In this document: piece after piece, positions 1 to 12,285 of the stretch
Position numbering within the stretch: position 1 is the first letter of the stretch
How the letters are laid out: every line of letters begins with the position of its first letter
Origin: Squalus acanthias
Lineage: Eukaryota
Assembly (NCBI GenBank): GCA_030390025.1
Contig: CM059433.1
Span: 12,898,001 to 12,962,000 of the forward strand
DNA: 64,000 nt
Direction of reading: 5' to 3'
Made by a program: the position numbers and the translations under genes
The notes under the pieces: model-generated
The model's database searches: none
What the model saw: the letters and a program-made list of their open reading frames with translations, nothing else
Told to the model about the DNA's origin: nothing

Positions 1-397
1 TTACCAGATCCTCTGACCCCTTTTATTTCCGGCAGGTTGTGTGTGTCCTCCACAGTAAACACCGAACCAAAGTACTTGTTCAATTGATCTGCCATTTCCT
101 TGTTCCCCATTACGACTTCCCCTGTTTCCGACTGCAGGGGACCTACGTTTGTTTTTACTAACCTCTTTCTTTTTACATATTTATAGAAGCTTTTGCAGTC
201 CATTTTAATGTTCTCTGCAAGCTTCCTTTCATATTTTATTTTCCCTGCCCTAATCAAACCCTTCGTCCTCCTCTGCTGAGTTTTGAAGTTCTCCCAGTCC
301 CTGGGTTTGCTGCTACTTCTGGCCAATTTGTATGCAACTTCCTTGGTTTTAATACTATCCCTGATTTCCCTTGTTAGCCATGGTTGAGCCACCTTCC
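1..397 (-). mobile_element. CR1 LINE ORF2 fragment (between endonuclease and RT), cut by window edge
   Basis: Minus strand encodes the CR1 motif 'EMADQLNKYFGSVFTVED', homologous to 60930-61260 and 24700-24910. Confidence 0.8.
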
Positions 398-419
398 CTT
401 TTTTTTTTTTTTTTTTACC

Positions 420-900
420 TGTATGAATCAGAAAGGATTCCACTTCATCTTTTCGCAAGGATAAATACGTTTCAGCTTGCTTACAACCATCAGCATGCCA
501 TTGCTTGCTCCCGAGGCAGCTGTCATAATGCCATAATTGTAAGGTCCTACCGTTATTTGAACCACAAAAATTAAATCTCAAGGTGGCCGCTGAGTAATCA
601 AGCTATCCTCTGAAGCAGTGACATCTCTGTGTATCCCAGGGCACCAATTGAATACAAGTATAATGTGGTGCATACACCCACTCGAGTACTCATCCAGCGC
701 TTCAAGTGCTTGGATACATCTGAGTGTGTTCTGCAATACAGCCTGGCTAAAGTTTCAAGCATTGTGGTAGAGTGCTGCATGCTGTATAATGTGCCTTGCA
801 AAGAGGCATCATCATGGAGGTCACAGAGCAAGAAGACCCCAAGTGCAGCAAAGAGACGAACAATAGGAGCAGAGGCAGCTTGGAAAGCTTGTGAAAGGGA
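420..900 (+). pseudogene. Degenerate PIF/Harbinger (HARBI1-like) DDE transposase, C-terminal half
   Basis: Motifs in several frames: MNQKGFH (cf. NRKGFHS), RGSCHNAII (cf. PGSxHDAxI), YPLK (cf. GYPL), then EYKYNVVHTPTRVLIQRFKCLDTSECVLQYSLAKVSSIVVECCMLYN (cf. YNxAHxxTRxxIE..RFRCLDxSGGxLQY..KV..I..ACCxLHN). Frameshifts and stops present. Confidence 0.8.
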
Positions 901-1771
901 ACCTAATGCTAGTTGAGAGAGCCACTTGGCATGCCCTCATTCATGACTATTAATGCAGTGGGCATTTTGAAATGTTCCCACTGCATTAACTGTCCTATCT
1001 ACAGCTTCCCATGCCTGCCACAAATATTTGACACCAACGCCTTAAGTCTTCCAAGCAACTCACAAATACCACATTCCTGCTACTTGAAAATTCTTTCAAC
1101 AACACCCTTTATAAATATTCAGCTTCAGTACAACCAGATTGTTAATGCAATAACATGCTGTGTGTGAGTGTCGAGTGTTTGCTTCCATTGCGCTTCCCCT
1201 TGACGACATTGCATGATGTGCATGCTCTCATATCTAGTCTAGTGCATGATCTAGGTGCTACCTGAGTCGCTGGAGTACGTGACATGGCTGGCTGACGTGT
1301 GTGGAAAAGAACCTCTTGGGATGGAGGTGGTCCTTGTCACCTGACAGCTGAGTCCCGAGATAGACCAGCTGCAGGCTCCACCGTTTGGACAACTGCTCAG
1401 GCAACCTAGCCCTGTGCACTTTCTGTCATATGTGCAGCCATTGGATTGGAGATAGGAGCAGATGTGTTACAGTCCTGAGGGTCAGCACCATCATCCATGC
1501 TTCGTTCAGCCAATGCCTGTTCTGCGGCACACTGCCTTAATATGGTCACTGAGCACCATGACAGCAGTATTAATGGCACCACTCAGATCAGTGAAGCATA
1601 GTTCTGTGGTTCTTTCTAGCTGATCTGCAAGTCTTTCGAAACCACAAATCTTTATAACAAAAGTCTGAGCACTCCTGAAAGAATCACTAACTGGTCTTAG
1701 GCCTCTAGCATGGGGGGACTCTGCTGCAATTACTCTGGAGTTGTTGCATGCTCCATGCTGGATTGTAGTGC

Positions 1772-2130
1772 TGCAAAGGTTTGATAGGGTAGACTTAGAG
1801 GAGATGTTTCCATTTGTGAGGGAGTCCAAAACTAGGAGCCATAAATATAAGATAGCCACTAATAAATCCAATAAGGAATTCAGGAGAAACATCTTTACTC
1901 AGAGAGTGGTGAGAGTGTGGAACTCGCTACCACAGGGAGTAGTTGAGGTGAATAACATAGATACATTTAAGGGGAAGCTAGATAGGTACATGAGGGAGAC
2001 AGGAATAGAAGGATATGTTGATAGGATGAGATGAGGTAATGTGGGAGGAGGCTCGTGTGGCGCATAAACACTGACATAGACCTGTTGGGCTGAATGGCCT
2101 GTTTGTAGTAAAATTCGATGTAAACCTATC
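1772..2130 (+). mobile_element. CR1 LINE 3' fragment
   Basis: Encodes FDRVDLEEMFP..TRSHKYK..FTQRVVRVWNSLP, followed by a CR1 3' UTR. Confidence 0.85.
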
Positions 2131-2499
2131 ATAGAAGGTTAGTTGATTCCGCCACACAAACTGCCACCTGCAGCCGTTGCTTGTCACGAGCCCCGCCTGC
2201 TTGCAGAAATCATCTTTCTTTTGATGTGTTTCAGGTTCCCGGGCTCATCGGCCAAAGAATGACATTGCATGAGCTAACTCACAAGGCAGCAGGTTCCTAG
2301 TCCTCCTCGGCCACTGGCAGCTGCTTCAGCTCACTTGTACCCTATGCTTTCTGGGCATTCAGTGCAAACATTGACAGTACCTCAAGGCTGTATGGGCAGG
2401 GGGTGGGGGTGGGTGGGGGGGGCTTATTTTAAGTGTGGTAGGTGCTTACTACACTGAACTAAGAGAGTGGCGCAGTGCGTTCTTTTATCTTGGTCATTA

Positions 2500-2790
2500 A
2501 TGGGGTAATTCTGCAATCCATTGCTCCCAGTGCTGAGACATGCTTGCAGGGCGTGCAGATCGGAGAACCGGGCTACAACTTGGCCATGGAATCACTTCTC
2601 AAATTTCTTGCGTTATGCCATTGTTGTTGGGCAGCTGCCTGAGGTCCTGTGAGCTCGGTCCTGAAGAGAGCCTTGCTCCTATGCCTCACTTCTTCCATCA
2701 GAATTTCTGTGGTCTCATTAGGGAAATGGGGCGCTCTGAGTCCTGTTGGACTGCTTACAGACAATTTTCCAAACAGAAGGGTGCTGCCCC
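2500..2790 (-). pseudogene. Degenerate Harbinger Myb/SANT-like (MSANTD/NAIF1-type) ORF
   Basis: RAPHFPNETTEILMEEVRHRSKALF...W resembles the RxxxFSxxExxxLxxEVxxRxxxLF...W N-terminus; converges on the transposase at 420-900. Confidence 0.6.
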
Positions 2791-3439
2791 ACCCCAAACC
2801 CCGCCCTTAGGCTGCGGCAGAGCTTTAAAGCCTGCTACCACATACAGTTTTCCACCTATTAATGGATAATCTCCCAGCCACAGGTGTGCCCCATGCTCGG
2901 AGCTCATTGAGATTATGCTCACGCTGGAAATATGTATGGGGTTAGCACACTATAGGCCAGGCCGGTGCTCTTCCTGCACAGGCTATTCCTGGCCTGCTAT
3001 TTATTTTAAATGGGCTAACACCATCAGTAAAATAGCTGACTGAGTAATGCTCTACGAATGTGTTAAGTGTTTGTCTGCTATGATCGCCAACAGTAATTTC
3101 CATCTATAGCCCTCAATCTAAATGTACATCAGCGTAAGTTGTGGATATTAATTCAGCTCTTTCGCATTGCTAGGCTCAGTAAATTGTTCAAATCACTACC
3201 CCCGATGATGACCTCAGTTTTATATTTAAATGTAAACATTTCACAAATTACCAAAGCAAGGCAGTAGGATGTTCGTTTTAATCATGATTCTTGACATCCG
3301 TTGACTTTTGAAATGGGTCACAATCTAAAGACCGTGATTAAGATAAATTGGTAGTTTTTATTTTCCTGATGGCAGCTTGGGCATGAATGAGTACCCCCAG
3401 AAAAGGCGCAAGCTGCATTTGTTTGAAGCAGTGTGAACA

Positions 3440-3915
3440 AGACTTACGAGGATGTTGCCACAACTGGAGAATTTTAGCTATGAGGAAAGATTGGATAGGC
3501 TGGGGTTGTTTTCTTTGGAACAGAGGAGGCTGAGGGGAGACCTAATTGAGGTGTATAAAATTATGAGGGGCCGAGATAGAGTGGATAGGAAGGACCTATT
3601 TCCCTTTGCAGAGAGGTCAATAACCAGGGGGCATAGATTTAAAGTAATTGGTAGAAGGTTTAGAGGGGAGTTGAGGAGAACTTTTTTCACCCAGAGGGTG
3701 GTGGGGGTCTGGAACTCACTGCCTGAAAGGGTGGCAGAGGCAGAAACCATCATCGCATTTAAAAAGTCCTTGGATATGCATTTGAAATGCCGCAAACTAC
3801 AGGGCTACGGACCAAGAGCTGGAAAGTGGGATTAGGGTGGATAGCTCTTTTTCGGCCAGCACAGACATGATGGGCCGAATGGCCTCCTTCTGTGCCATAA
3901 ATTTCTATGATTCGA
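3440..3915 (+). mobile_element. CR1 LINE 3' fragment
   Basis: ORF 3452-3835 (SYEERLDRLGLFSLEQRRLRGDLIEVYKI...WNSLP); tail TTCTATGATTCGATG. Confidence 0.9.
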
Positions 3916-4089
3916 TGCACAGGTCCAGAAGATCAATGATAGGGTTGAGGATAAATAGGCAAAAGTCACAGAAAGCACAAAGGTGGGTAGAAATATAAAA
4001 GACAGAGCAGTGAAAAGGAATGGTGGGAAAGTGAAAGACATAACCAGGAAGAGAATGGATGCAGGGAAAGAGACGGGCATGAAATGGAT

Positions 4090-4441
4090 TTTTTTTTTTT
4101 ATTCGTTCATGGAATGTGGGCGTTACTGGCCATCCCTAATTGCCTTGCTAGGCCATTCACGGGGCTGTTAAGAGTCAACCAGCTGTGGGTCTGGAGTCAC
4201 ATATCGGCCAGACCAGGTAAGGATGGCAGATTTCCTTCCCTAGAGGACATTAGTGAACCAGATGGGTTTTTACGACAATCGGATAGTTTCATGGTTACCA
4301 TTAGTGATACTGATACTAGTTTTTCATTCCAGATTAATCTAATTAACTGAATTTAAATTCCCCAGCTGCCGTGGATGGTGATTTGAACTCACGTCTCTGG
4401 ATTATTAGCCTAGTGACATTACCACTATGCTACCGTTCCCA
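4090..4441 (-). mobile_element. tRNA-derived SINE (same family as 36511-36930)
   Basis: Reverse complement begins GGGAACGGTAGCATAGTGG (A-box-like) ... GAGTTCAAATC (B-box-like); body homologous to 36511-36930. Confidence 0.75.
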
Positions 4442-6145
4442 CAGGGGTACATAAGAAAGCGAACATTGAGTTTTTTTAAAAAGGTGAAAATAGAAGACAA
4501 GGCATCTCAAAAAGTTCCTTTAAAGGGAGTTGAATTTGGAGCTTTTCATTTTTTTAAATTTATACCGGGGCTGTATTTTTTAGTACTGGCAAATTAAGGC
4601 TACTTCAACGAAAGCTACTGATAGAATACTTGAGTGCACCATGTGGTGCTGTACCAAAGGCTCGATGCAGCGTACTAGCTCTTTGAAGATAATTCCAGAT
4701 TGGCATTCGTGACAATGTTAGGAGGGATCAGCCCAATAAAATACTTTCTTTTAAAAAGAACGACTGTAAGTAACAAATGTTTTAGCAGATCACCCACACC
4801 TGAACTGAACATCCAAATAACTTAAATTCTGTGTGCAGTCTAAAGCATTCGCGCCTGGCGCTAATTCTCCAACTTTTCTACTGACACTGCCCATTCCTTG
4901 GCTATAACGAATTTCTAGCCTATACTTTCCTAACCTAATGTCGCTTTCTAGTAGGGCCCTGTCTAAACTGGCTAATTCATTTTGTTTCCCCATTAAGACC
5001 TGTCATCTTATTTGCATTCCTCCACCTCAGTTCCACTCAGTTTCAACATTCGAACCTAACCCCTCCTCACTTCTCTTCTATAATCATCCTCACCGTCTCA
5101 GCTTTGACCTTGTCCCCTTTTTTTAATCTTAATTATCTCTTAACTCAGCCATAATGCCATGATGCACGCTAAAATATGCAGCCTTAACCCCTGCCTGACT
5201 TAATCCCTACATCTCACCAGCAGTTTTCTCTTTCTGCATTTGATATATTTATTGCCAGGTGCAGAATGCACTTTGTTATCACGGGAGCAGTTGCTTCATA
5301 TCATATTATGAGAAGTAATGAAGTGCTTTCCAGGTTTCACAGTCTTTCTAGGAATGTAATTAGGCTTTTAATGGACAGATAGAGCTTTTTGTGTTATGCC
5401 AAGCACACAACCTCAAATTGTCCATCCAGGGACAATGCCTGGAGCATCAACTTTGAGGAAGGATAAGCATGGGAGTATCCAACGAGTTGAATAGTCAAGC
5501 GCTGATCTACTAGTGCTGATTGAACTTACTTGGGTCCTCTGGCATATATGTTGGGCAAAGTACTCGGCCCTGAGTGAGGAGCAAAGTGGCTCTCAGGGAA
5601 GGAGTGAGAATGGACAGCTTTTGTTGGCAGATGCAGTTAATGTTGACAAAAACATACGTGGGGGGGAGAGCAGTCAGTATCATCTGGTCCCCGCAACATC
5701 TCTTCAGGGAACATACCAATGACATTTGGGTCCTATGGAGTATAATGTAGGAAGAGTTATTGTTGGCCAATCCTAATGCATCTGTCATGGGAGGGGTGTG
5801 CATCGATCGGGGCCTGAATTATCCCAGGATTCAGTCGCCAGAGGGAGGGAATTAAGTTTGAGTTGTCCAGTTCTCTGTGACATTGATGGGCCTAAATTGT
5901 TTCAAGTTAGATAAACTGAATCGCAGGCCTCAGCTAATTTGTTGATTTTGATTGTAATTTCATCTGTGATGCAGCATAAACATAATGTAATGAGTTACGT
6001 CTTTCAGAGACACTGGAGGGAGGGTACTATACAGCTGGAAAAGGTTCATTGTTCATTGAAAACTGCCTATCTGTCTGTTACACATTGCCTATTCGGCAAC
6101 TACGAACAATTTTAAATGTTGAATTATGAGCTTTGGTAAGACCTA

Positions 6146-6255
6146 CAAGAAAGAAAGAAAGACTTGCATTTCTATAGCTCCTTTCACAACCGCCGGACGT
6201 CCCAAAGTGCTTTACAGCCAATGAAGTATTTTTTGAAGTGTTGTACTGTAGGAAG
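6146..6255 (-). mobile_element. Deu-domain SINE (SacSINE1-like) 3' fragment
   Basis: Matches 30997-31110 (AAGAAAGACTTGCATTT..GCTTTACAGCCAATGAAGTA). Confidence 0.65.
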
Positions 6256-6837
6256 ACTAGATTTCAAACAACCGAAAGAAAAATGTATTCTTCATTAATC
6301 ACCTCTCCTCTTTCTCCAGCATTTTCATAAGGTGTTTTTTTTTTGATACATGAGTTTTGCCCCAGGAAAAAAAAAACTGCCAAAATTCGCAGCAAGATTG
6401 TACACTCGTTTCTAGAAATCAAATATAGAAAGTATGCTGAGTTTTTTTTTTAAGTTCAAAATATGAGAAGGGAATGTCATGCGGGGTTTTTATTGCTTTT
6501 TTAACTCATTCTGTGCCAGCTAAAGAAATATTGAAACTTTAAAGAAGTAATAAAGAAAAAATTGCTTTTCAAACAAACAGAATGCAGATCTCTTTTATGA
6601 TTCTTAGCAATTGTACTTCAGGGTTTCAAATCCCTCATTCTTCCGAAGGTAGTTTCCTACAGCTTTGGAGGGCACTTGACATTATTCACCACGCTCTAAA
6701 ATTGCTGAAGGGTTTAAAAGTAATGCATAAAGCTATCATTAATCTCAGAACAGACTCATTAATCTAAGAACAGACTAAAATGAGAGAACTGGTACGCAGT
6801 GCAAAGTCAGTTAAAAGGGATGATCTTTATTATACAG

Positions 6838-7086
6838 AATCCTGAGATCGAGGTGGATGAGAATGGAACCCTAGATCTAAGCATGAACAAACAGAGGCAC
6901 AGGGATGGCAGCTGTGGCAGCAGCAGCAGCACTGGCCTGCTGACTCCATTGGAGCCAATGTCCCCACAGCGACAGAACATGATGGTCAACAAGTGCTATA
7001 CAATGAACGAGAGTGATTGCTGGGACTTTCCGGTAGACTACACCAAAATGAAACCCAGGACGATGGACGAGGAGGATCCCAAAGAG
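6838..7086 (+). CDS. MYT1L: MYT1L internal coding exon (MYT1 domain)
   Basis: tatacag|AAT...GAG|gtattt, 249 nt, phase 0/0. Encodes [23 protein letters not shown]...[12 protein letters not shown]...[24 protein letters not shown], matching recalled MYT1[46 protein letters not shown]. Confidence 0.95.
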
Positions 7087-7804
7087 GTATTTGTGAAAGG
7101 CGGTTGTAAAATAAAACAAACAGAGGACAAAACACAATGAGTTTTACTGATTGTGCATAATCACGGTGTGCAAAAGTAGAATTAAAAGTTTCACCATCAC
7201 TTTCAAAGAATTAGGATGCATTTTGACTTCCCTTTGTTTTTCCTCTGTGATTTTTTTTTCTCAAAAGATTCGTCAGGGAGTATCATTGGAAAAAGCAGCT
7301 CAATTGTACAAATTTGCATGTGCATGTCGCTGAAGGTGAAGCACTCTGTGTTAATCATGATATCAACTGATGGTAATTCACCCCCTTTACAGTCAGAATC
7401 AGTAACGTCACCAATCCAGTGCTCTGACAATGTCATTAGGACTGCTTTTGAACAATGATAATCAAAAAAATAGTGGCGGGGCGGGCGAGGGGAATCAAAC
7501 AGATGTTCAAGTTAGTCGTAACTGTTTGCGATAGCCTGATTTTTATGAAGGGAACACTGATGGCGAGGCTCCCACTTGAAGCTTGACTGACATCCCCTGA
7601 CAATGTGACATTTCTTCTTTGCATGTTAACTTGTTTTGTAGTTACAGATGTACAATTGAAAAGGACGGCCTCGGGTTGGCGTTTGTGCTTAAGCCTGTAT
7701 ATTAATATTTGCCATCAGTGGTAGAGCTACTGTCGCTTTTCTAGCTGTCCAGGCTATTTTTTTTTTAATTTGCCTTTCAGCAGCTACAACATAATTCATA
7801 ACAG

Positions 7805-8005
7805 AGAAATAAAAAGAGAAGGATCAAACAGCATCTGAGAAAAAAAAAAACCATTAATGTTTTGAATGTGACTCTTCAGTTCTGACAAAGAATGTAACTC
7901 AAGTCATTTACCAACCTTTTTTTTTATTTCTCAGCTACAGATGACTTGCTCTGTATTTTCATCATGTTCTCTACTTATTTCACATTTCCAGCATTTGTAG
8001 GTTTT
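7805..8005. mobile_element. Old, degenerate fold-back Penelope pLTR remnant (family B-like)
   Basis: Weak similarity to 42143-42215 and 42775-42900 (CAGTTCTGACAAAG...TATTTCACATTTCCAGCATTTGTAG). Confidence 0.4.
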
Positions 8006-10425
8006 TTTTTAAATCTCTTCCCAGAGGGATGTGACCATGGTAAATTCAACAGCACATACGGTTGCCCATATTCTTACACCGTGATGTCCCTATTACCTCT
8101 AATAGAGCGCACGTTGGCCAGGACTATATAAATGAGAGATCATCAGCGGAATAGCAGGTGGCAGTAAAATAATTCAAAAATGCTTTGTTTGAAAACAGAA
8201 ATGCTGATTCAATTTGCCGCCCGCCACCATCAACAGGCTATCACAGGATTTTAATTTATCACCGGTGTGGGTCAGGGGAAAGCCGATAAACACAGCTACT
8301 TGCGACGGATGCTGCACTGCCAGCTGTATTCTGTCATTTATTTGGCAGAGCCCTTAGGATCACCTTGGAGGAGGTGTGGAGATAGCTATCTGTTTGAATG
8401 AAAGTTTTTTTTAAAGCGTGTCCGTCACACTGCGGATGTCACACTTTGTATGAGGCAGCAACGTACCACAGCTGAACAAACGTTAAAAAAAAAAGCCAGT
8501 TGTTTCACACTGCGGTGTAGTAAAGGTTCCTTGCTGCTGGTAAGTAGTATGCCGATTAGCCTGAGGCTGAAAATTTACAAGCGCTCAATAATCTGTAAAC
8601 TTCCCTCAGTTTCATGAAGAATGGTGGAGTTGTGTGGAAGAATGGTACCATAACTACCAGTGGGTTGTGCTGTCATTCCCTCCCCATCCCCTTTCTTTCA
8701 CATTGTGGAGGACAAAAAATGCTGGCAGTGCCAATTTCATGTCAGAAGAACATATAAATTATGAATTATAATGTCGATTGTGGGTGTTCAGTACAGATTA
8801 TGCTAGCATTAAGTATACGGTTTTTGTACTGTAGCTTGTTATTGGCATTGACATTACTAACAACTGTACAATTGGACTAATTGCTTTTGGCTCCTTCACT
8901 AACAGAAAATCATATAAGCACCTTTAGAACAGCAGAATAATATTCATATCACTGAAACACTGTGACCTCCAAATTCTGTACATTATGGGAGGGAGTCTAT
9001 TGTTTGCTTCTGTCTGTCTGTCTATCCATCTACCTGATAAATTAGTACGTGCCTGGCCATTTTCACTGTTCTGTGATAACCAGGTGACCGTTAATGTACT
9101 ATCAGTCATGTGGACCAATCTCCCTGCTCCTGACCTCAGTCTTCTCCCTTTGCAGCCAGCCTATTTGCTTCCAGCCTTGACCTTTCCACTTCTATCCGCT
9201 CTTGAGCCTCACTGCTTCCAACTGCAGACTTGCCACTTTCAGCAGTGTGGTATATAAATACATGCACCTGGAATCTGTACGTGGGTTCTCCAGTGAGAGA
9301 TCAGTGGAAGCTCCAGAGAAAGTGCATTAACAACTTAAAAATGGCCATTTCTTCGGGGGTTCTGCCAATCAACCAGACTTACAACAGGATACAAGATCTC
9401 CGCAGAAATGTCTAGCCATGTTGCTGTTGGCCTTGACTTTCCAACTGTGCTAGCCTTTTCCAATTGTTTGATGTTTCCTAATAAACACCTCGATGAACCA
9501 ATTCAGTAGGCTCTCCCCCATGCCTGATAACAGCCTTCCCCCCCCACTTACACCAACCCTCCCTCCACACACACCAGCATGCCCCCTCACATCATCAGAG
9601 CCTCACACGCGCACTCCAATACATTCCCCACACCTGCAGTTCCCTATCTAAACTTCCCCCAATCCCTCTCAGAGGCTGGATCTCCCCACTCCCAGCCTAC
9701 CCAGTTTTTGTCAGCTGTCGTCCCGGCCTCCCCATTCCCTTCCGGTTGCAGCCCTGACCTCCTTGCTCCTTCCTGGCGCCAGGTGGCTGTGCCGGTCACT
9801 TCCTTTGGCACCAGCTCAAGCCTCTCTGCTTCACCTCAGTGCCCTGGATGTGTTAGTCATGGTCAAGGCTGGGGCCCTAGTTTACCACAGCTGCAACAGA
9901 AAGACCATCCAGCCGGGTAAGAGTTGCATCGCACTGCAGGCCCTGGTCTCACCCCCACCCCCCACCACTGTCCCTTCGCCCCAGCAGAGGGCCAGGTCTT
10001 GGCTCTTCACTCCCTTCATCCCCAAGTCCAGCCCTGTATTCCCTCCTAGCCCAGATCTAGTCCCCCATTCCCTCCAACCCCAAGGCCTAGCCCCACTTTA
10101 TCTCTCTTTGCGATATTCCACAGTGGCCTTTCCCTTCTTTCCATCCTTATCCCACCAGTAAAGGATTGCACCCAAAATATTAACCTTTCTCAGATTCTGT
10201 TCTAAACTGCAATGCATTTACTAGGTTTTATATTTTTTATTTCAGATTTCCTACATCTATGTTTTTCTTTTTTATCCACATCTTTGTATACCAATGAGTT
10301 TTGCAGGCATTTTAGACCACAAAGCTATAGCTCTTATGCCATTTTTGAACAGCGGAGCCTTTTGTAACCAGGCTGACCAGTGGACACATTAAGAATTTCT
10401 AAGGGAAAATGTGGCAAAAGATATA

Positions 10426-11193
10426 GGGCCAGAATTTGTTCAGATATTAATGGCGTGTGAGTGACGCATGCTGTAATTAATGTGCAAATCAGCCAGCAAC
10501 TTGCAACGAGGAAGAGATACCCCATGAATTGCGAATTGCTACAAGTTGCTGGCCGATTTGTACCACTCTGCCATTAGCTTCACAAAAATGGCATTTTGCA
10601 CTTAACCTCCTTGTGAATTTCATGAAGTTGCTGCATTTGTACATTAATTGTCCATTAAACTCGCCACAGAAAGCTAAGTCTAGTAATTAACAGTGTAAGT
10701 ACCCTTTTAACCACATGATAATTGTTAATGACTGCCAATCAACCTCTCTTGCCCAGAAAGTGAACAATTATAAGTGTGAAGTCTCATTCCTTCAGGTAGT
10801 GAATCATTGTTGGAAATTTTTAAAATGTCAAATTTTCCATTTTCAATTTTTTTTTCTTACTTTTCCTTTCTGTCTCTTTTTTTTCTCTCTCTCTTAATCC
10901 AATCTTTCTTTCCCTCTCTTTCTCATTCTGTGCCTGATTTGACATTGAATTCACCCACTCTAATTCACCCTCCTGCTCAGTCTTTCCTCTGTTTATTTCT
11001 CAAACCTTTAATCTCATCGGTTAAGGAGATAACCCTGTTTGTCCCATTGTTTACCAAGGTCCCGGATGCCCTGTTGCCAACGCTGTGCCATCATCAGCTC
11101 ACATTTCCAGCCACTTTGTGGGCAAAAAATTAAAAAACCTAAACTTGCACAAACAAGTCTAACTAACGGGGCATGTCCAGCAAACTCTGGCCC
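10426..11193. mobile_element. Harbinger-type MITE
   Basis: TIRs GGGCCAGAATTTGTT / AGCAAACTCTGGCCC (13/15); ATA TSD at 10423-25 and 11194-96. Interior is the reverse complement homolog of ~39600-39860. Confidence 0.8.
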
Positions 11194-11962
11194 ATAGTTG
11201 GGAGGATGTTAGATTGAAGTAATGTGTCATTGGAGAATAATGGTATGTTGTGATGTGAGAGACATCTAACTATTCACTAACAAACATTTCCAAAGATAAT
11301 TTACTATAAAATATGGCATATTAATTAAATGTATTTGTAAGTTATTCTACCCATAACTGGCATTTAGGAAGAATGAACTACAAATCTGCAAAAAATATAT
11401 GAATCACTCCCTTCTCCCTTTTTTGATATTGTAAAGTTTTGGAGTCATTAAACTTCTACAGAGTACCCATTTCCTTCCTTCGCAGGGTCTCAGTGGGTCG
11501 ATGACTCTTTGCCTCTTCTCTTCTCTATGTGTTACTCTCTCCTTCCTCTAAGCAGCCAATCTAATAGACAAAGATCACTGGCAAAATGAACAAGAGCTCT
11601 CCAGTACCATTCCAAATCTTGGTGGCTATCCTATCAATGCTTACGTCAAAGCACACCAATGTACAATTCACTCCCAACAGCCAAGAACTAATATGTATGT
11701 TAAGGTGTGAATTATACGCAGGGTTTTTGGGCCCAATATTTTGTGAATTCTCTGGGCTCAAAATTCCGATAATGCCCAATGGCAGAGAGGGCAGATCTAG
11801 AGAGGGACGCCAAATTCAGAGCAGACCACAATTCTGCTGGGATTCCAGGCCATTCCAAGTCTCAACTAAACTTCCAGTAGAAAGGGAGACCTCAGCTGGT
11901 GGGAGTTCCATGTAAGGACCCAGACCTTACACAGGCAAAAGTAAACAATCTTGGAGGGGATC

Positions 11963-12179
11963 AATGTGAGAAGTCGCACAACACCAGGTTATAGTCCAAC
12001 AGCTTTATTTGAAATCACAAGCTTTCGGAGCGCTGCTCCTGCGTCAGGTGAAGACTTCACCTGACGAAGGAGCAGTGCTCCGAAAGCTTGTGATTCAGAT
12101 AAAGCTGTTGGACTATAACCTGGTGTTGTGCGACTTCTCACATTTGTCCACCCCAGTCCAACACCGGCATCTCCACATC
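11963..12179. mobile_element. Short palindromic Penelope-type (family A) non-coding insertion with hammerhead motifs
   Basis: ~90-bp inverted arms centred on 12054, ~35-nt unpaired 3' tail, TSD ATCTTGGAGGGGATC at 11948-11962 and 12177-12191. Confidence 0.85.
12057..12093 (+). ncRNA. Minimal type I hammerhead ribozyme motif (family A)
   Basis: TCAC-CTGACGA-A-GGAGC-AGT-GCTCC-GAAA-GC-TT-GTGA: core boxes, stem I TCAC/GTGA, stem II GGAGC/GCTCC, palindromic AGCT stem III. The minus-strand twin at 12015-12051 has a core change (CTGACGC). Confidence 0.8.
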
Positions 12180-12285
12180 TTGGAGGGGATCGATTACCTT
12201 AAAAATCACATATACAGGCTTCCTTAGGAGCTGAATAATGTTTTCAGTATTTTCACTTTTGGTCTGGGAGCAACCTTGGGTCACC

